This document shows positions 44,997-53,972 of a stretch of DNA of 64,000 nucleotides, piece after piece; within the stretch, counting starts at the first letter, position 1; every line of letters begins with the position of its first letter. Source of the stretch: a virus. Lineage: Duplodnaviria > Caudoviricetes. Under the pieces are notes generated by a model. That model made no database searches. It was not told where the DNA came from and saw only the letters and a list, made by a program, of their open reading frames with translations. Where the stretch lies: positions 1,816 to 65,815 of IMG/VR virus record IMGVR_UViG_3300044679_000013. The stretch is one strand, 5' to 3'. Both the position numbers and the translations under genes were made by a program.

Positions 44997-46612
44997 CGTC
45001 GTCTTGGGCCGCGCCGTCCTAGGTAAAACACTCCACTATTCGTCTCGCGCTCTTTTTTGTTCAGTTGCAGATGCTTAATATACCTGTCCGCGCCTTCTAT
45101 CGGCGTATCCTTCAGCGCCTCAGCTAATCTCACCTGAAATGGCTTATCATTCGGTCTGCCAATTCGCCCATAAATCGCGTGCCCAGCTCCGTCAATCATA
45201 TCTAAGCCCGGAAACTGTGCGATCTTCTCTCGATTCAGGATTGAGTCGGTATCTCTTGGCGCTAGTGGGATGTTCTGAATCAGACGTTTACATGATCTGG
45301 CAATCTGTAACGCGGGTATCTCAATTGGATAGCCTTCGTGTGTTTCGCCAATGTGAATCCGGTTCTTTAAGAGCTGGTAGAAAAGCTGTTCGCGACCGAC
45401 TTTGTCTGTGCCGGCGTTCGTCGGATAAGGCAATCCTGCCGCTCGAAGCTTGTTGCCCATCCTGAGTGCAATCGTGTTTGCGTCCGACTTCTGATGAAAG
45501 GCATCGTGAGAGTAGTAGAAGTGCTCAAACTTTGGCAGTTTGCCGTCTTCGTCATAACTGTTCTGAATAATGGATTCGGCTAAGGTCTCTGGAGGCTCCT
45601 GTCGCGTCACGTATTCTTTGTAGACTCTGACAACTCCGAAGTCGTCCATAAAGCACCAATAGCAGGTAGACCAGTGATCGAATCCCCAATCGCCGCCCAT
45701 CCAGCGTTTATGCCAGGGTTTGATGATTGAGGCTGAATCGAAGTCTTTGGAATAAAGGTCATCTTCGTAGGTGTTAACCGCCGCATCCCATGCACCTGAG
45801 AAGTACCCGCCAGCCACGCCCCATTCGCCCAACATTAGGGCGCGACGTTCTGACTCAGGGTAGTTCTGGAGGCTGGCTATGTATTCAGGATCATTGGCGT
45901 AAATCGGATTATCGGTATAAGTGAATGGGAAGTATTCGTAGTCCTCGGGCTTGTATTCCCGACGCTGCGAATCGTCCATTTCTTCATAGGGAACTTTATC
46001 GACAAATACAGCCTTACACCATCCGGCCCCCGGCCCAATGGGGTTACCTGCCCCGCCCTTCGTCGCATAGGGACTGACCGGACAACGATTCCATGCTGAG
46101 ATCGCGGTCCACTGCTTAAATGTGAATTCGCAAATCTCGTCAAAGTCAACCTTCAGCCATTGGCCCTGCCAGCCATAAGCGTCGTGCTCATATTGCATTG
46201 AACCAAAGTGAGTTTGTGCTCCATTGTGCCAGGTAACGACTTTCTTCTGCTCGTTGTATTCTTTATAAACTTCGCGGGGAAACTTCTCGCGAAATCGCGT
46301 GACGACCGTAGCCTCAAGTTTCGGATGAGTTCGGCGCAGTAAGAGTGTATGGACTTGCTTGGCCTCTGCCGGATCAGAAAAGGAGTTGGCCTCCATCATG
46401 TGATCCATGAGAAGGCCTAGAGTCTTGCCACCGCCTGCCGCTCCGCCAGCTAATCTATGTTTAGCGCGGCAACGGTGATAGCTAAGGAGTTTTGGGTAGG
46501 GAGCGTAGAGAAGGACTGGCTTGCCGGTTTTGGGGTCGGCGTAATAAAGATTATCTTCTTGGCAATCTTCGGCAAAGCGTTCATAGCCTGCCTGACCTAC
46601 AGAAGTGGTCAT
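44993..46612 (-). CDS. terL: terminase large subunit
   Basis: Walker A GGAAGGGKT, LLRRT, Walker B VDFDE, GNP.GPG..W, DNP, nuclease DWG; start likely ATG 46612. Confidence 0.95.
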   Translation of the reverse strand: MTTSVGQAGYERFAEDCQEDNLYYADPKTGKPVLLYAPYPKLLSYHRCRAKHRLAGGAAGGGKTLGLLMDHMMEANSFSDPAEAKQVHTLLLRRTHPKLEATVVTRFREKFPREVYKEYNEQKKVVTWHNGAQTHFGSMQYEHDAYGWQGQWLKVDFDEICEFTFKQWTAISAWNRCPVSPYATKGGAGNPIGPGAGWCKAVFVDKVPYEEMDDSQRREYKPEDYEYFPFTYTDNPIYANDPEYIASLQNYPESERRALMLGEWGVAGGYFSGAWDAAVNTYEDDLYSKDFDSASIIKPWHKRWMGGDWGFDHWSTCYWCFMDDFGVVRVYKEYVTRQEPPETLAESIIQNSYDEDGKLPKFEHFYYSHDAFHQKSDANTIALRMGNKLRAAGLPYPTNAGTDKVGREQLFYQLLKNRIHIGETHEGYPIEIPALQIARSCKRLIQNIPLAPRDTDSILNREKIAQFPGLDMIDGAGHAIYGRIGRPNDKPFQVRLAEALKDTPIEGADRYIKHLQLNKKERETNSGVFYLGRRGPRRR

Positions 46613-46619
46613 CGGTGAA

Positions 46620-46898
46620 TCACGGCCACTCTGTCCACTGGTTACAAGGTCGCTGGCAACAACAGGTTTCACCGTTTGGACAGTTCCGAATGTCGTCGCC
46701 ATCAATGCCTATAAAGTGCTCAGAGCGCGGGCAACCGCAAGACTTGCAGCGAACAGCCATCAGTGCGTTCTGCTCGCGGTCGTACTCTGCGATTTCCTCT
46801 TCTGCCCGAGTCCTTATCGTAGGAGTACACAGTCTTCCGGGATACCGAGACGATAAACTCAGATCCGCCCATGTTCCTGATTTACTGGAGGGCAACAT
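46620..46898 (-). CDS. Cys-rich hypothetical protein
   Basis: CKSC...EH...C....CCC; TAATG coupling. Confidence 0.55.
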   Translation of the reverse strand: MLPSSKSGTWADLSLSSRYPGRLCTPTIRTRAEEEIAEYDREQNALMAVRCKSCGCPRSEHFIGIDGDDIRNCPNGETCCCQRPCNQWTEWP

Positions 46899-47176
46899 TA
46901 CTGGATTCCGGGTCGGTCCTCAAGCTTCGGCTGCTTCACTACAATCGCTTTGTACATCTGCCGATTGTCTGGCGCAAATGGAATGGAGAACTTCAGAACG
47001 AGTTCAATCTGCCCGTTAACCGGAAAGTTGCCCTCGGGCCCACCATTAATGACAGATGCGCCTTCTACTTTCAGGATGTAGAACAGGGCGTAGGGATCAT
47101 CCAGTTTGAGCTGAACCATATCGCCTTCGCGGATCTCGTTTCCGAGTTTGTCGAGAGGCCAGAGTTTAGCGGACAT
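46898..47176 (-). CDS. hypothetical protein (SH3/KOW-like)
   Basis: DKLGNEI.EGD.V motif; AAGGAG RBS. Confidence 0.6.
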   Translation of the reverse strand: MSAKLWPLDKLGNEIREGDMVQLKLDDPYALFYILKVEGASVINGGPEGNFPVNGQIELVLKFSIPFAPDNRQMYKAIVVKQPKLEDRPGIQ

Positions 47177-47532
47177 TAGGCTCCTTTGATTGCGGCACAC
47201 ATTCCACATCGGTAGACGCGGCAGGTTTTGGGGTTGTGGGCATAACTAGATCCGCAAGGTACTCTAGCCCCTTCCCCATCCCGCCTTCGTCTACTAGGCG
47301 CTGTAGTTCGACCCGTTGCATGACCGGGAGATTCCTTACTATTTCGTTGTAGCAGTCTGCCACTTTCTTGTGTTCCAGATTGCTCGGGTCTATTGGAACG
47401 ATCTCCATCGCTATTCGTACCGTTCCAGTTCCGACATTTACGCTTGGCGCATCGCTTCGGGAGTTCTCTTGTGATCCACTCATGCCCACATACCTCGCAT
47501 TGGCACCATAGTGCCGGAATCTCTTTGTACAT
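47176..47532 (-). CDS. Zn-ribbon protein (probably leaderless)
   Basis: CEVCGHEW...PKRC...C; C-terminal H...C....C..C; TGGTACTAT extended -10 6 nt before the ATG. Confidence 0.6.
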   Translation of the reverse strand: MYKEIPALWCQCEVCGHEWITRELPKRCAKRKCRNWNGTNSDGDRSNRPEQSGTQESGRLLQRNSKESPGHATGRTTAPSRRRRDGEGARVPCGSSYAHNPKTCRVYRCGMCAAIKGA

Positions 47533-47548
47533 GGCACCATAGTACCAC

Positions 47549-48156
47549 GCTAATCTCTCTTAGGTTTCGTGATTCCATTTATCAGCGTGAATCCGGGCAA
47601 GTTTGGCAGATTCGACACTGTATTCGATTACGTGGTTGATCGTGTCTATCTTAGAAATTGTGGTGGCTGCTTCGGCGACTACCACCATAGTGTCCCAATT
47701 CCGACTCTTGCACTTGGCGCACGCTTTGGGCTTCCGTGCTGCCAACCACACATGGCCGCATTTTGACCGGTCGCACTTAAACGCTTCTACTTTGATTTGG
47801 CTCATCTAGTGTTCAGCCATCTTGCCTTTAGCCTTGCGATGGCTCGGCGAATCCTCAGCCATAGCGTCAGTTTTTTCGGCCACCACGCTTGACCCTGGAA
47901 GTAAGGCTCTAGAAACTTTGTTTGTCTCTGGAATTCTTCCTTTCTCGCATTTAGGTCCACTTGATGATATTCCAGTGCCAAGCTTTTAAGAGCGGCCTTT
48001 ACATCGGGAGCAAGCTCGGGGAGTTGTGTAGGAACGCCAGATGTGTCAACATTTTTCACGGTCGCACTTCCATGCCAAAATTTGAATCCTGCCCAGATAC
48101 TACCATCAGTAGCAGAACACTCCGCCGATTGCAACCAAAAGTAGCTAATCTCTCTT
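47549..48156. repeat. 13-bp direct repeat GCTAATCTCTCTT (47549-47561 and 48144-48156) duplicating the terS 3' end
   Basis: Exact 13-bp match, 15/16 with flanks. Confidence 0.65.
47560..47805 (-). CDS. Zn-ribbon protein
   Basis: CDRSKCGHVW...PKACAKCKS.NW. Confidence 0.65.
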   Translation of the reverse strand: MSQIKVEAFKCDRSKCGHVWLAARKPKACAKCKSRNWDTMVVVAEAATTISKIDTINHVIEYSVESAKLARIHADKWNHET

Positions 48157-48173
48157 CGGCCTTGTAATCCCAT
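47802..48173 (-). CDS. hypothetical protein (start uncertain)
   Basis: ORF fills the gap; basic amphipathic C-terminus; ATGA overlap downstream. Confidence 0.45.
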   Translation of the reverse strand: MGLQGRREISYFWLQSAECSATDGSIWAGFKFWHGSATVKNVDTSGVPTQLPELAPDVKAALKSLALEYHQVDLNARKEEFQRQTKFLEPYFQGQAWWPKKLTLWLRIRRAIARLKARWLNTR

Positions 48174-48570
48174 TAATCAGCGTGAAGCCCACAGCCACGT
48201 TCACGTCTCCGCCTTTTGCCTCAGGCTCAACATATTGCCCGTACTCAGCGGCTAATTTAGCGAACGTTGCTCTCGGTCCCCACGCGATAACATCTCTCGA
48301 ATCAGTGACTTTTCCTTCGTGCTGAAAGAACTTGGTTTCGCAGGCTTGAACCCCTTCTGCGATGGACTTAGCTAGAACGTGAGCTGGAGTGTACTGACGA
48401 ACGAGGCGAGCGAATGCAGCCTTTACGGACTGATTCTCGATTGCGACGGTAGAAGTGTTAGCCGAATATCCTGCAATTGCCTTAGCTTCTTTCTTGATCT
48501 TGCCTTCGCTAACTGCTTGAATATAGCGGCGTTGCTTCGGTGTGAGTGCGGTAAATCCGGGTGCTCCCAT
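48145..48570 (-). CDS. terS: terminase small subunit
   Basis: LTPKQRRY....EG.....A..IAGYS HTH motif of TerS. Confidence 0.75.
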   Translation of the reverse strand: MGAPGFTALTPKQRRYIQAVSEGKIKKEAKAIAGYSANTSTVAIENQSVKAAFARLVRQYTPAHVLAKSIAEGVQACETKFFQHEGKVTDSRDVIAWGPRATFAKLAAEYGQYVEPEAKGGDVNVAVGFTLINGITRPKRD

Positions 48571-48585
48571 ATCTTATTAATGCGC

Positions 48586-49239
48586 TCATACACTTACAGG
48601 CTGTCCAAGTTGGCGCCGGATGTTATTCAATCCTGACTTGAGCCGACGTTCTACCCAGCCTTGATCTCGTCCTAACTTGGCAGCAATCTTGTATTCGCGG
48701 ATCGGATTATCCGTATACAGGCCGAAATAGAGTTCCACTACCAAGCGCTCGGCTTGAGAAAGAGAAGTCATGGCCCGAGTGATCTTTTCGCCATCAAACT
48801 TTACGCGGGTTGCTTCGGCGAGACCGTCGCGACCTGGTTGTGTATCGAACCAATCGTGGTACTCCCTGACTGGGTGACTATAATTACTGAATTCTGGGCT
48901 TTGCCATTCATTCTGGAATATCTTCTGCTGCACCTTCTGTTCATCAATAATGGCGTTTACTATCAAGCGCTTAACATAGTAGGGCTGGTTCCAGTAGCGC
49001 TCTGGGCATTTCATTAACTTAATCAGCGCAGCTCCGGCTAAATCCTCAGCTTTGCATTGAAGTGTTCGCGTTGCCGGAAAGCCGCTGCGAAGGAAATAGG
49101 TTTCCTCGACACTCCCACCGCCTGCATTAATCAGTTTCCGGCGCCACTTGGCAACGAAGCTTCGCGCAATATGTCCGCAGAGTCGGCGGTACTGCTCAAT
49201 GAACTGCTCTTTGGTCTCAACGTGTGGAACGGGCTGCAT
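48586..49239 (-). CDS. sigma-70-like RNA polymerase sigma factor
   Basis: Region-2-like AEDL...ALIKL...YVKRLIVNAIID; region-4 LSQAERLVVELYFGL...IAAKLG...VERRL..GL..IR; start 49239 by TAATG coupling (alternative 49311). Confidence 0.8.
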   Translation of the reverse strand: MQPVPHVETKEQFIEQYRRLCGHIARSFVAKWRRKLINAGGGSVEETYFLRSGFPATRTLQCKAEDLAGAALIKLMKCPERYWNQPYYVKRLIVNAIIDEQKVQQKIFQNEWQSPEFSNYSHPVREYHDWFDTQPGRDGLAEATRVKFDGEKITRAMTSLSQAERLVVELYFGLYTDNPIREYKIAAKLGRDQGWVERRLKSGLNNIRRQLGQPVSV

Positions 49240-49652
49240 TAGTCTTTCCCATTCCGCTTCTCTAAATTCTCCCGAGTATCGCAGTCCACTTCTTTCTGGT
49301 GGGCGCGCCAAATATCTAAGCTGTCTGAATCCAGATACTTAACTTGGCAGGTGAGTTCTGTTTGGCCGTGCATCAATTTGACTGGCCAGTACATGAAATT
49401 GCTGTCGATCCAATCAATTGCCTGTTGGCGCGTGCGGAACGATCTCTGGGCGGTTTCGTAAATTGCTTTTCCGTCGATACACACTGCCGAATAGCCGTCG
49501 AAGATAACCTGAGCGCAATCTTGGCGATTCTCAGTTTCTTGGCAAACATCTTCCTTTAGGTCGCCCCATCCTGAGTCACAAGAGTATTCCAGAATGTAAG
49601 GGACTTTTGGCGCGTGAATTGTCAGCAGAAGTAGAGCTATTGCTGGAACCAC
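49239..49652 (-). CDS. secreted Cys-containing hypothetical protein
   Basis: N-terminal hydrophobic AIALLLLTIHA. Confidence 0.55.
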   Translation of the reverse strand: MVPAIALLLLTIHAPKVPYILEYSCDSGWGDLKEDVCQETENRQDCAQVIFDGYSAVCIDGKAIYETAQRSFRTRQQAIDWIDSNFMYWPVKLMHGQTELTCQVKYLDSDSLDIWRAHQKEVDCDTRENLEKRNGKD

Positions 49653-49894
49653 ATCTTCTCCAACTCATCCACCGGCAATTGGCGTTTGCCGCGCTCGTAA
49701 CCTACTTGATAGATCACGCCGCCGATTAAAACCGTTAGCCCTATGCCCCAGCAGACTCCTATGAGCACTGACACAATGGACTCCAACGAACTCCTAGAGC
49801 ATGTAAACGGATCTCGTCTTGCTTCAGCAATGCACTGGGATTGGCCACGATTTCGTAAGCTTCGTAGACTTTGGTCGAGCGGCGAATACACCAT
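49637..49894 (-). CDS. small membrane protein (start uncertain)
   Basis: TM segment IVSVLIGVCWGIGLTVLIGGVIY followed by GYERG. Confidence 0.5.
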   Translation of the reverse strand: MVYSPLDQSLRSLRNRGQSQCIAEARRDPFTCSRSSLESIVSVLIGVCWGIGLTVLIGGVIYQVGYERGKRQLPVDELEKMWFQQ

Positions 49895-49976
49895 TCTTCA
49901 CAGCGAATGATTCCGCTACAGAAAACGCAGGCCGCTGAGGCGATGTATTTATTTTCGTAATGCACGCCGATTTCTC

Positions 49977-50005
49977 TTGACAGGATACCTAACGTTTGCT
50001 ATATT
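49977..50005 (+). promoter_or_regulatory. consensus sigma-70 promoter of an inverted cassette
   Basis: TTGACA-17-TATATT with TG extension; AGGAGG RBS then ATG 50025. Confidence 0.8.
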
Positions 50006-50024
50006 CATTACATCAGGAGGCGTT

Positions 50025-50369
50025 ATGACAAAGACAATCAGCAAGAATCGCAAGGCCGCCATCGAAGAGATTTTCAATCAGGCCACGAAATGCGTTGTTT
50101 ACTCCGACTCGAACTCCTACCAAGGGCGCGAGTGCGACAAGGCCTATGCCAAGAAAGAACTCTTTCAGTTCAGCTCTGCCAAGCTTTACAAAGGCAGCGA
50201 TACCGCTTATTGTGTGCATGTTACGAGCACTTGCTGGTACGATCTGACACTGCCAGAGAATCCAACCCTTCCGACTCGGCGCAACAGCGGGGCCGTGAAT
50301 TGCTATTGCTCCAGCTTGCCGGGACGCGAGGCTTGCGACTTTTGCAATGGCTATCGCGTTGCGGTCTAA
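50025..50369 (+). CDS. hypothetical protein
   Basis: Strong promoter and RBS; C-terminal CYC...CDFC. Confidence 0.65.
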   Translation: MTKTISKNRKAAIEEIFNQATKCVVYSDSNSYQGRECDKAYAKKELFQFSSAKLYKGSDTAYCVHVTSTCWYDLTLPENPTLPTRRNSGAVNCYCSSLPGREACDFCNGYRVAV

Positions 50370-50498
50370 GCTGGTATTCCGCCCCTTCCCAACAGATTTT
50401 GCAGACTGGATCATTGTCAATTAGGCCGAATGTCTTGTAGTTACAGTGTTTGCACGGTTGCTCTGTACGATTTGCATCCCACGTCCACTTGGAGGCTT

Positions 50499-50832
50499 TA
50501 TGGCTATGAATCACACAATGGCTTGCGGTTGCGCCGTTGTCCAACAGAAGATCGGTAAAACAACTTGGAACGTCATGAAGATGTGCGAGATGCACGATAC
50601 GGCACCCAAGTTACTTATGGTCGCTAACCAAATCGCCAATTCCGGTTGTGATCTCGGAAGTTCTGAACTTCGCATTCGGTTATACTCGGCTGTTACCAAA
50701 GCTGGTGGCATACTGTCGCGGTCCGCAGGCCCGAAAGAAATCGCCGAGCATCCAGAGAATCCGATCCTTTTGGCTGCAGGCCCGAAAGAGATTGCCAAGC
50801 ATATGGAAATGCGAAATCGGGGAGAGGTTTAA
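50499..50832 (+). CDS. hypothetical protein with duplicated AGPKEIA.H motif (start approximate)
   Basis: GGAGG RBS before MAMNH; CGC...C.MH.TAP.LL motif. Confidence 0.6.
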
Positions 50833-50835
50833 TTT

Positions 50836-51018
50836 ATGAAATGTCCTAAATGCGGTCACGAAATCTCCCCTGAACTAGCAGCTAAGGCCTTAGGCTCCAT
50901 AAAGTCTGAGGCCAAAACTGCGTCTAGTCGCGAAAATGCCAAGCTGGGCGGCTGGCCCAAAGGTCGCAAGCGCACTAAGGCAGCTCCAAAAAGTTCACAT
51001 CTCGCACATACTCAGTAA
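50836..51018 (+). CDS. small Zn-ribbon/basic putative DNA-binding protein
   Basis: MKCPKCGHEI...LGS..SEAK..SSREN.KLGG.PKG motif typical of small phage regulators. Confidence 0.7.
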   Translation: MKCPKCGHEISPELAAKALGSIKSEAKTASSRENAKLGGWPKGRKRTKAAPKSSHLAHTQ

Positions 51019-51125
51019 TCACCTGTGGCCTCTTCTTTGGTCTGCCCGTATGCCATGACTCCGGGCATATCCATTACATCCGCGATCCAGCGGCCATCGA
51101 CTTCGCGCTCAGTCTCAATTATCAC
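51012..51125 (-). pseudogene. hicB: truncated HicB-family antitoxin (37 aa)
   Basis: IETEREVDGRWIADV.DMPGVMAYGQTKEEA matches the HicB N-terminal motif, then stops at the cassette edge. Confidence 0.65.
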
Positions 51126-51285
51126 GCTTGGCAACTTTCATAAATCTCGGGAACTCATAGCCCATCTTCAAATTCCGTCGTAATACGTCTGCGGCGTCGG
51201 CCTGAGTCTTAAACTTGTAGGGCATGGCTTGGGAGTTATCGAGTTTCCAAACAACCAGCCAAGTATCAGTACGGCCACGAGCCAT
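51115..51285 (-). CDS. hypothetical protein
   Basis: F.TQADA motif; chained overlaps. Confidence 0.45.
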   Translation of the reverse strand: MARGRTDTWLVVWKLDNSQAMPYKFKTQADAADVLRRNLKMGYEFPRFMKVAKRDN

Positions 51286-51466
51286 CGGGATTCCGCGTCG
51301 GTCCAGCATTGCAGCTCAGGGTATATTGTCGAAGTTCGTTGCAGCGATAACACATGCCCGTAACGGTCTCTCCCTCTTCTCCAGTGGGCACGACATCCAC
51401 CCACTTGTGGCCCATTAGGTAACAAACAAACTGAAGTCCCCAATTCACAATGCCGCCCTGTGACAT
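51266..51466 (-). CDS. small Zn-binding hypothetical protein
   Basis: C...GHKW...C.RC motif. Confidence 0.55.
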   Translation of the reverse strand: MSQGGIVNWGLQFVCYLMGHKWVDVVPTGEEGETVTGMCYRCNELRQYTLSCNAGPTRNPDGSWPY

Positions 51467-51672
51467 CTCTGCCGATCTCTCTGGCGAATCGCTTGCCCAA
51501 ACAAATCCTCTGCTCCCCATGCTCCGCAAGGCTCGTAAATCGTATAAGTTGCGCCGCTTGGCAAAATCGTTCTCATCTTCGCCGGCACGCTAACCTTCTG
51601 ATCGAGGAATCTTCGTGGCTGCGGAAGATAACCGCCTGCTTCGGTTGCTTGGCTGTAGGCTAGACGTTCCAT
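51445..51672 (-). CDS. hypothetical protein
   Basis: ORF in operon chain. Confidence 0.4.
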   Translation of the reverse strand: MERLAYSQATEAGGYLPQPRRFLDQKVSVPAKMRTILPSGATYTIYEPCGAWGAEDLFGQAIRQRDRQRCHRAAL

Positions 51673-51803
51673 ATTCCAGAATCCGGAATAACGCTAGAAC
51701 TCGATTCTTTCCTGAAAGTAGCAAGTCCATCCACGCTGATCCGCGAATCGGGCAATAAACCGCCAACCTGTGAAATCATGGAATAGGCGTATGGAAATCG
51801 GAA

Positions 51804-52001
51804 TCACGACTGGCACAAGGCTTTCACTTCCTCGGTATCATGGACGTGTTTCGCCCAAGCATTCAGTTCTGAGACTCTGTGTTGGGCATCTTCATTGGAA
51901 ACGCATTTAATCACAGTCCAATTGCCCGAGCGACCTGTAAGAACCACGTCGCAATCTTTCGCCAACAATGCCGTCCAGCGCGGCCCTTCATCCTTAGACA
52001 T
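51804..52001 (-). CDS. hypothetical protein
   Basis: ORF in operon chain with GGA RBS. Confidence 0.45.
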   Translation of the reverse strand: MSKDEGPRWTALLAKDCDVVLTGRSGNWTVIKCVSNEDAQHRVSELNAWAKHVHDTEEVKALCQS

Positions 52002-52085
52002 GATTCATTCCAGAACTCTCTAGCAGTAATTTCATCACTTGCGAGATCGCCTAAAACGGCTTTCCAGATTTCCCGCATGGGTTAC

Positions 52086-52373
52086 TCATTCCGGCGTGAC
52101 GCGCATATAGTAAGAGGTCTTCCCGTGGCCGAACCGCTTCATCTTGCCAGCACTTTGCAACACCTGGAGTTTGCGGTTGGCTTGATTAATTGTTAAGCCA
52201 AACCGCTCCATGAGTTCTTTAACTCTAAAAGCTCCCTCTGGAAGCGGCGCCGGAGCAGCCAGTGCAGCCATGTCAGATTCAATCTGTTCCCACAAGTCAG
52301 GCGGCGGCACAGGCTTTACAGCGACGTTACCTTTACGGCTGGAAGAGGGTAAAGCTCCTTTAGGATTCGGCAT
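52086..52373 (-). CDS. winged-helix protein (start uncertain)
   Basis: F.VKELMERFGLT...A.RKL..L...GK helix-turn-helix pattern. Confidence 0.6.
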   Translation of the reverse strand: MPNPKGALPSSSRKGNVAVKPVPPPDLWEQIESDMAALAAPAPLPEGAFRVKELMERFGLTINQANRKLQVLQSAGKMKRFGHGKTSYYMRVTPE

Positions 52374-53152
52374 GGCGGCTTTCCTTGCTCCTTGGCTTTG
52401 CCATCAATCTCAATGAATACTCCACCGACATCAGGCAGCATTCTGTAGGTGCTGTTCTTTCTCATGAACGAGGTTTGCAACTGCCAGCACGGGGTAACAA
52501 GCCCCTGTTTTGAGGCATGTTCCGCGTGCTGGAAGTTGTGGACGTGCGAGCGAATCAGCAGATCGGCCTTGGGAATTCCCTTTGTCCTATCTTTCGCCGC
52601 CATCGCAGACCATTGCATTTCTTTATCGAGTTGAGTTAAACGATAGAAGCCCTGAGATACACCAATGTGGTGCGCGGCCTCAATGGTAACGCCTTCGACA
52701 TCCAACCAGAGCACTTCCCGAACATATACGCCAGTTCCAACGCTTGAGTATTTCTCTGCACCAAGTTGCTTTGCGATCTCTTCTTCATACTGTCCAGCTT
52801 GGCCGACGTGGTAAGCCGTGCCGCGCGTGAAATACCATTTCGCATTCGGTGCTCGCTTCTTGGGGATCATCAGGCATTCGACTGCCGCCCTGATCTGATC
52901 GGCGAGTAAATTGAGACTTAGCTCTGAGCCTTCCTGTTTTCTCTGGTTCCCGTCATTCGCATCGCCATTCATAATGATGGCGTCGGGCTTGAACTCTCTC
53001 AGTCGATCATTGAAGTCAATCCAGCACTCCCAGAGATATTTTTGTCCAGCATTTTGAAGTTTGGGAATCCCCTCCGAAGTAACGAAGTTCGGCGGAAGCA
53101 TCCCGAAGATAGAACCGCATTGAAGGTCCGATATAACTGCGAGTCGCTTCAT
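52316..53152 (-). CDS. calcineurin-like metallophosphoesterase
   Basis: ISDLQ.G, NGD..DG, RGT.YH, HH and RSHVH motifs. Confidence 0.8.
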   Translation of the reverse strand: MKRLAVISDLQCGSIFGMLPPNFVTSEGIPKLQNAGQKYLWECWIDFNDRLREFKPDAIIMNGDANDGNQRKQEGSELSLNLLADQIRAAVECLMIPKKRAPNAKWYFTRGTAYHVGQAGQYEEEIAKQLGAEKYSSVGTGVYVREVLWLDVEGVTIEAAHHIGVSQGFYRLTQLDKEMQWSAMAAKDRTKGIPKADLLIRSHVHNFQHAEHASKQGLVTPCWQLQTSFMRKNSTYRMLPDVGGVFIEIDGKAKEQGKPPCRILKELYPLPAVKVTSL

Positions 53153-53162
53153 CTAGGCTTTC

Positions 53163-53582
53163 TTACCCGACGTACGCGATCATAATTCCTTCAGGATCGG
53201 AGGGGACCGTAGGCTCCCCCAAAGCTACATCTGAGATTTGCCGCATCAAGTTGTCAAAGGTTGCGCGACTCACTCCAATAAAGTCTGTTCCTTTTTGCGC
53301 GCCCACCATCAAGCAGCCTTCCGTGTCATTTGGATAGTTTCCCCAATGAATTTCAATCGCTTCGAACCCAGGTACATCTTGAAGGTGGGGTGTGACCGTC
53401 CGAAAATTCTTTGACATCTGGAGTAGGACTGTATAAATGCCATTCGGAATGCAGTAGGGCTTGCCTTCGGACTGATCTTTGCGCGGCTCCATGCAGTAGG
53501 AGAAGAATCCGCCATTCAGAAACAACTCGCCAATCGTGCTATTTGGCGAATAAACCTCCCTTCTGACAAGAAGGTTTATCAC
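53163..53582 (-). CDS. DUF5675-type protein (probable endolysin/muralytic)
   Basis: STIGEL...CIP.G.Y...L.DVPG...IEIH.GN...DTEGCL.VG signature. Confidence 0.8.
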   Translation of the reverse strand: MINLLVRREVYSPNSTIGELFLNGGFFSYCMEPRKDQSEGKPYCIPNGIYTVLLQMSKNFRTVTPHLQDVPGFEAIEIHWGNYPNDTEGCLMVGAQKGTDFIGVSRATFDNLMRQISDVALGEPTVPSDPEGIMIAYVG

Positions 53583-53810
53583 TCAATCCCCGTGATACCA
53601 GTGTGGTTTCGGCGGAACTATCGGATCAGTTCCATTCTCAACAGGTTGGTAAGGATCTTCCCTCAGGCCGCAACGGTCGTACCACAACGAATTCAGCCGC
53701 TCTTTTGCCTTGATGATCAATCTATGATTCTTCAGGAAAACCGTGCAGACCGCACAAATAAAGGCGAAACTGACATGATGCTCGACTTGAGCGATCCATG
53801 ACGTATCCAC
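53583..53810 (-). CDS. small membrane protein (holin-like)
   Basis: Single TM segment; adjacent to the endolysin candidate. Confidence 0.45.
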   Translation of the reverse strand: MDTSWIAQVEHHVSFAFICAVCTVFLKNHRLIIKAKERLNSLWYDRCGLREDPYQPVENGTDPIVPPKPHWYHGD

Positions 53811-53972
53811 TTACTCACTAACCGCCTTGCCTACTGGTTTCAGTACATGGTGGTACAAAGGTAAAGTCGTATGATGATGTACTGCTTTCAGGACGTGGAC
53901 GACAGCATGTACGTTTTGCCCTGTATCTACTCCGGTATTGAACAATGTGAGCACGAGCAAAAACGTCGTCAC
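53811..53972 (-). CDS. 53-aa His-rich peptide (below cut-off)
   Basis: MTTFLLVLTLFNTGVDTGQNVHAVVHVLKAVHHHTTLPLYHHVLKPVGKAVSE; GTGA overlap, abuts next gene. Confidence 0.5.
   Translation of the reverse strand: MTTFLLVLTLFNTGVDTGQNVHAVVHVLKAVHHHTTLPLYHHVLKPVGKAVSE

Noticed and set aside
8900-46500. Many 60-240 aa + strand ORFs within the structural region
   Set aside because: They are antisense shadows of long - strand genes, without RBS or recognisable motifs; only 23719-23865 has its own promoter and an intergenic position.
47166-47540. Overlapping alternative-frame ORF over the Zn-ribbon gene
   Set aside because: The 47176-47532 frame has metal-binding motifs at both ends, a promoter-aligned ATG and stop/start coupling; the other frame has no such support.
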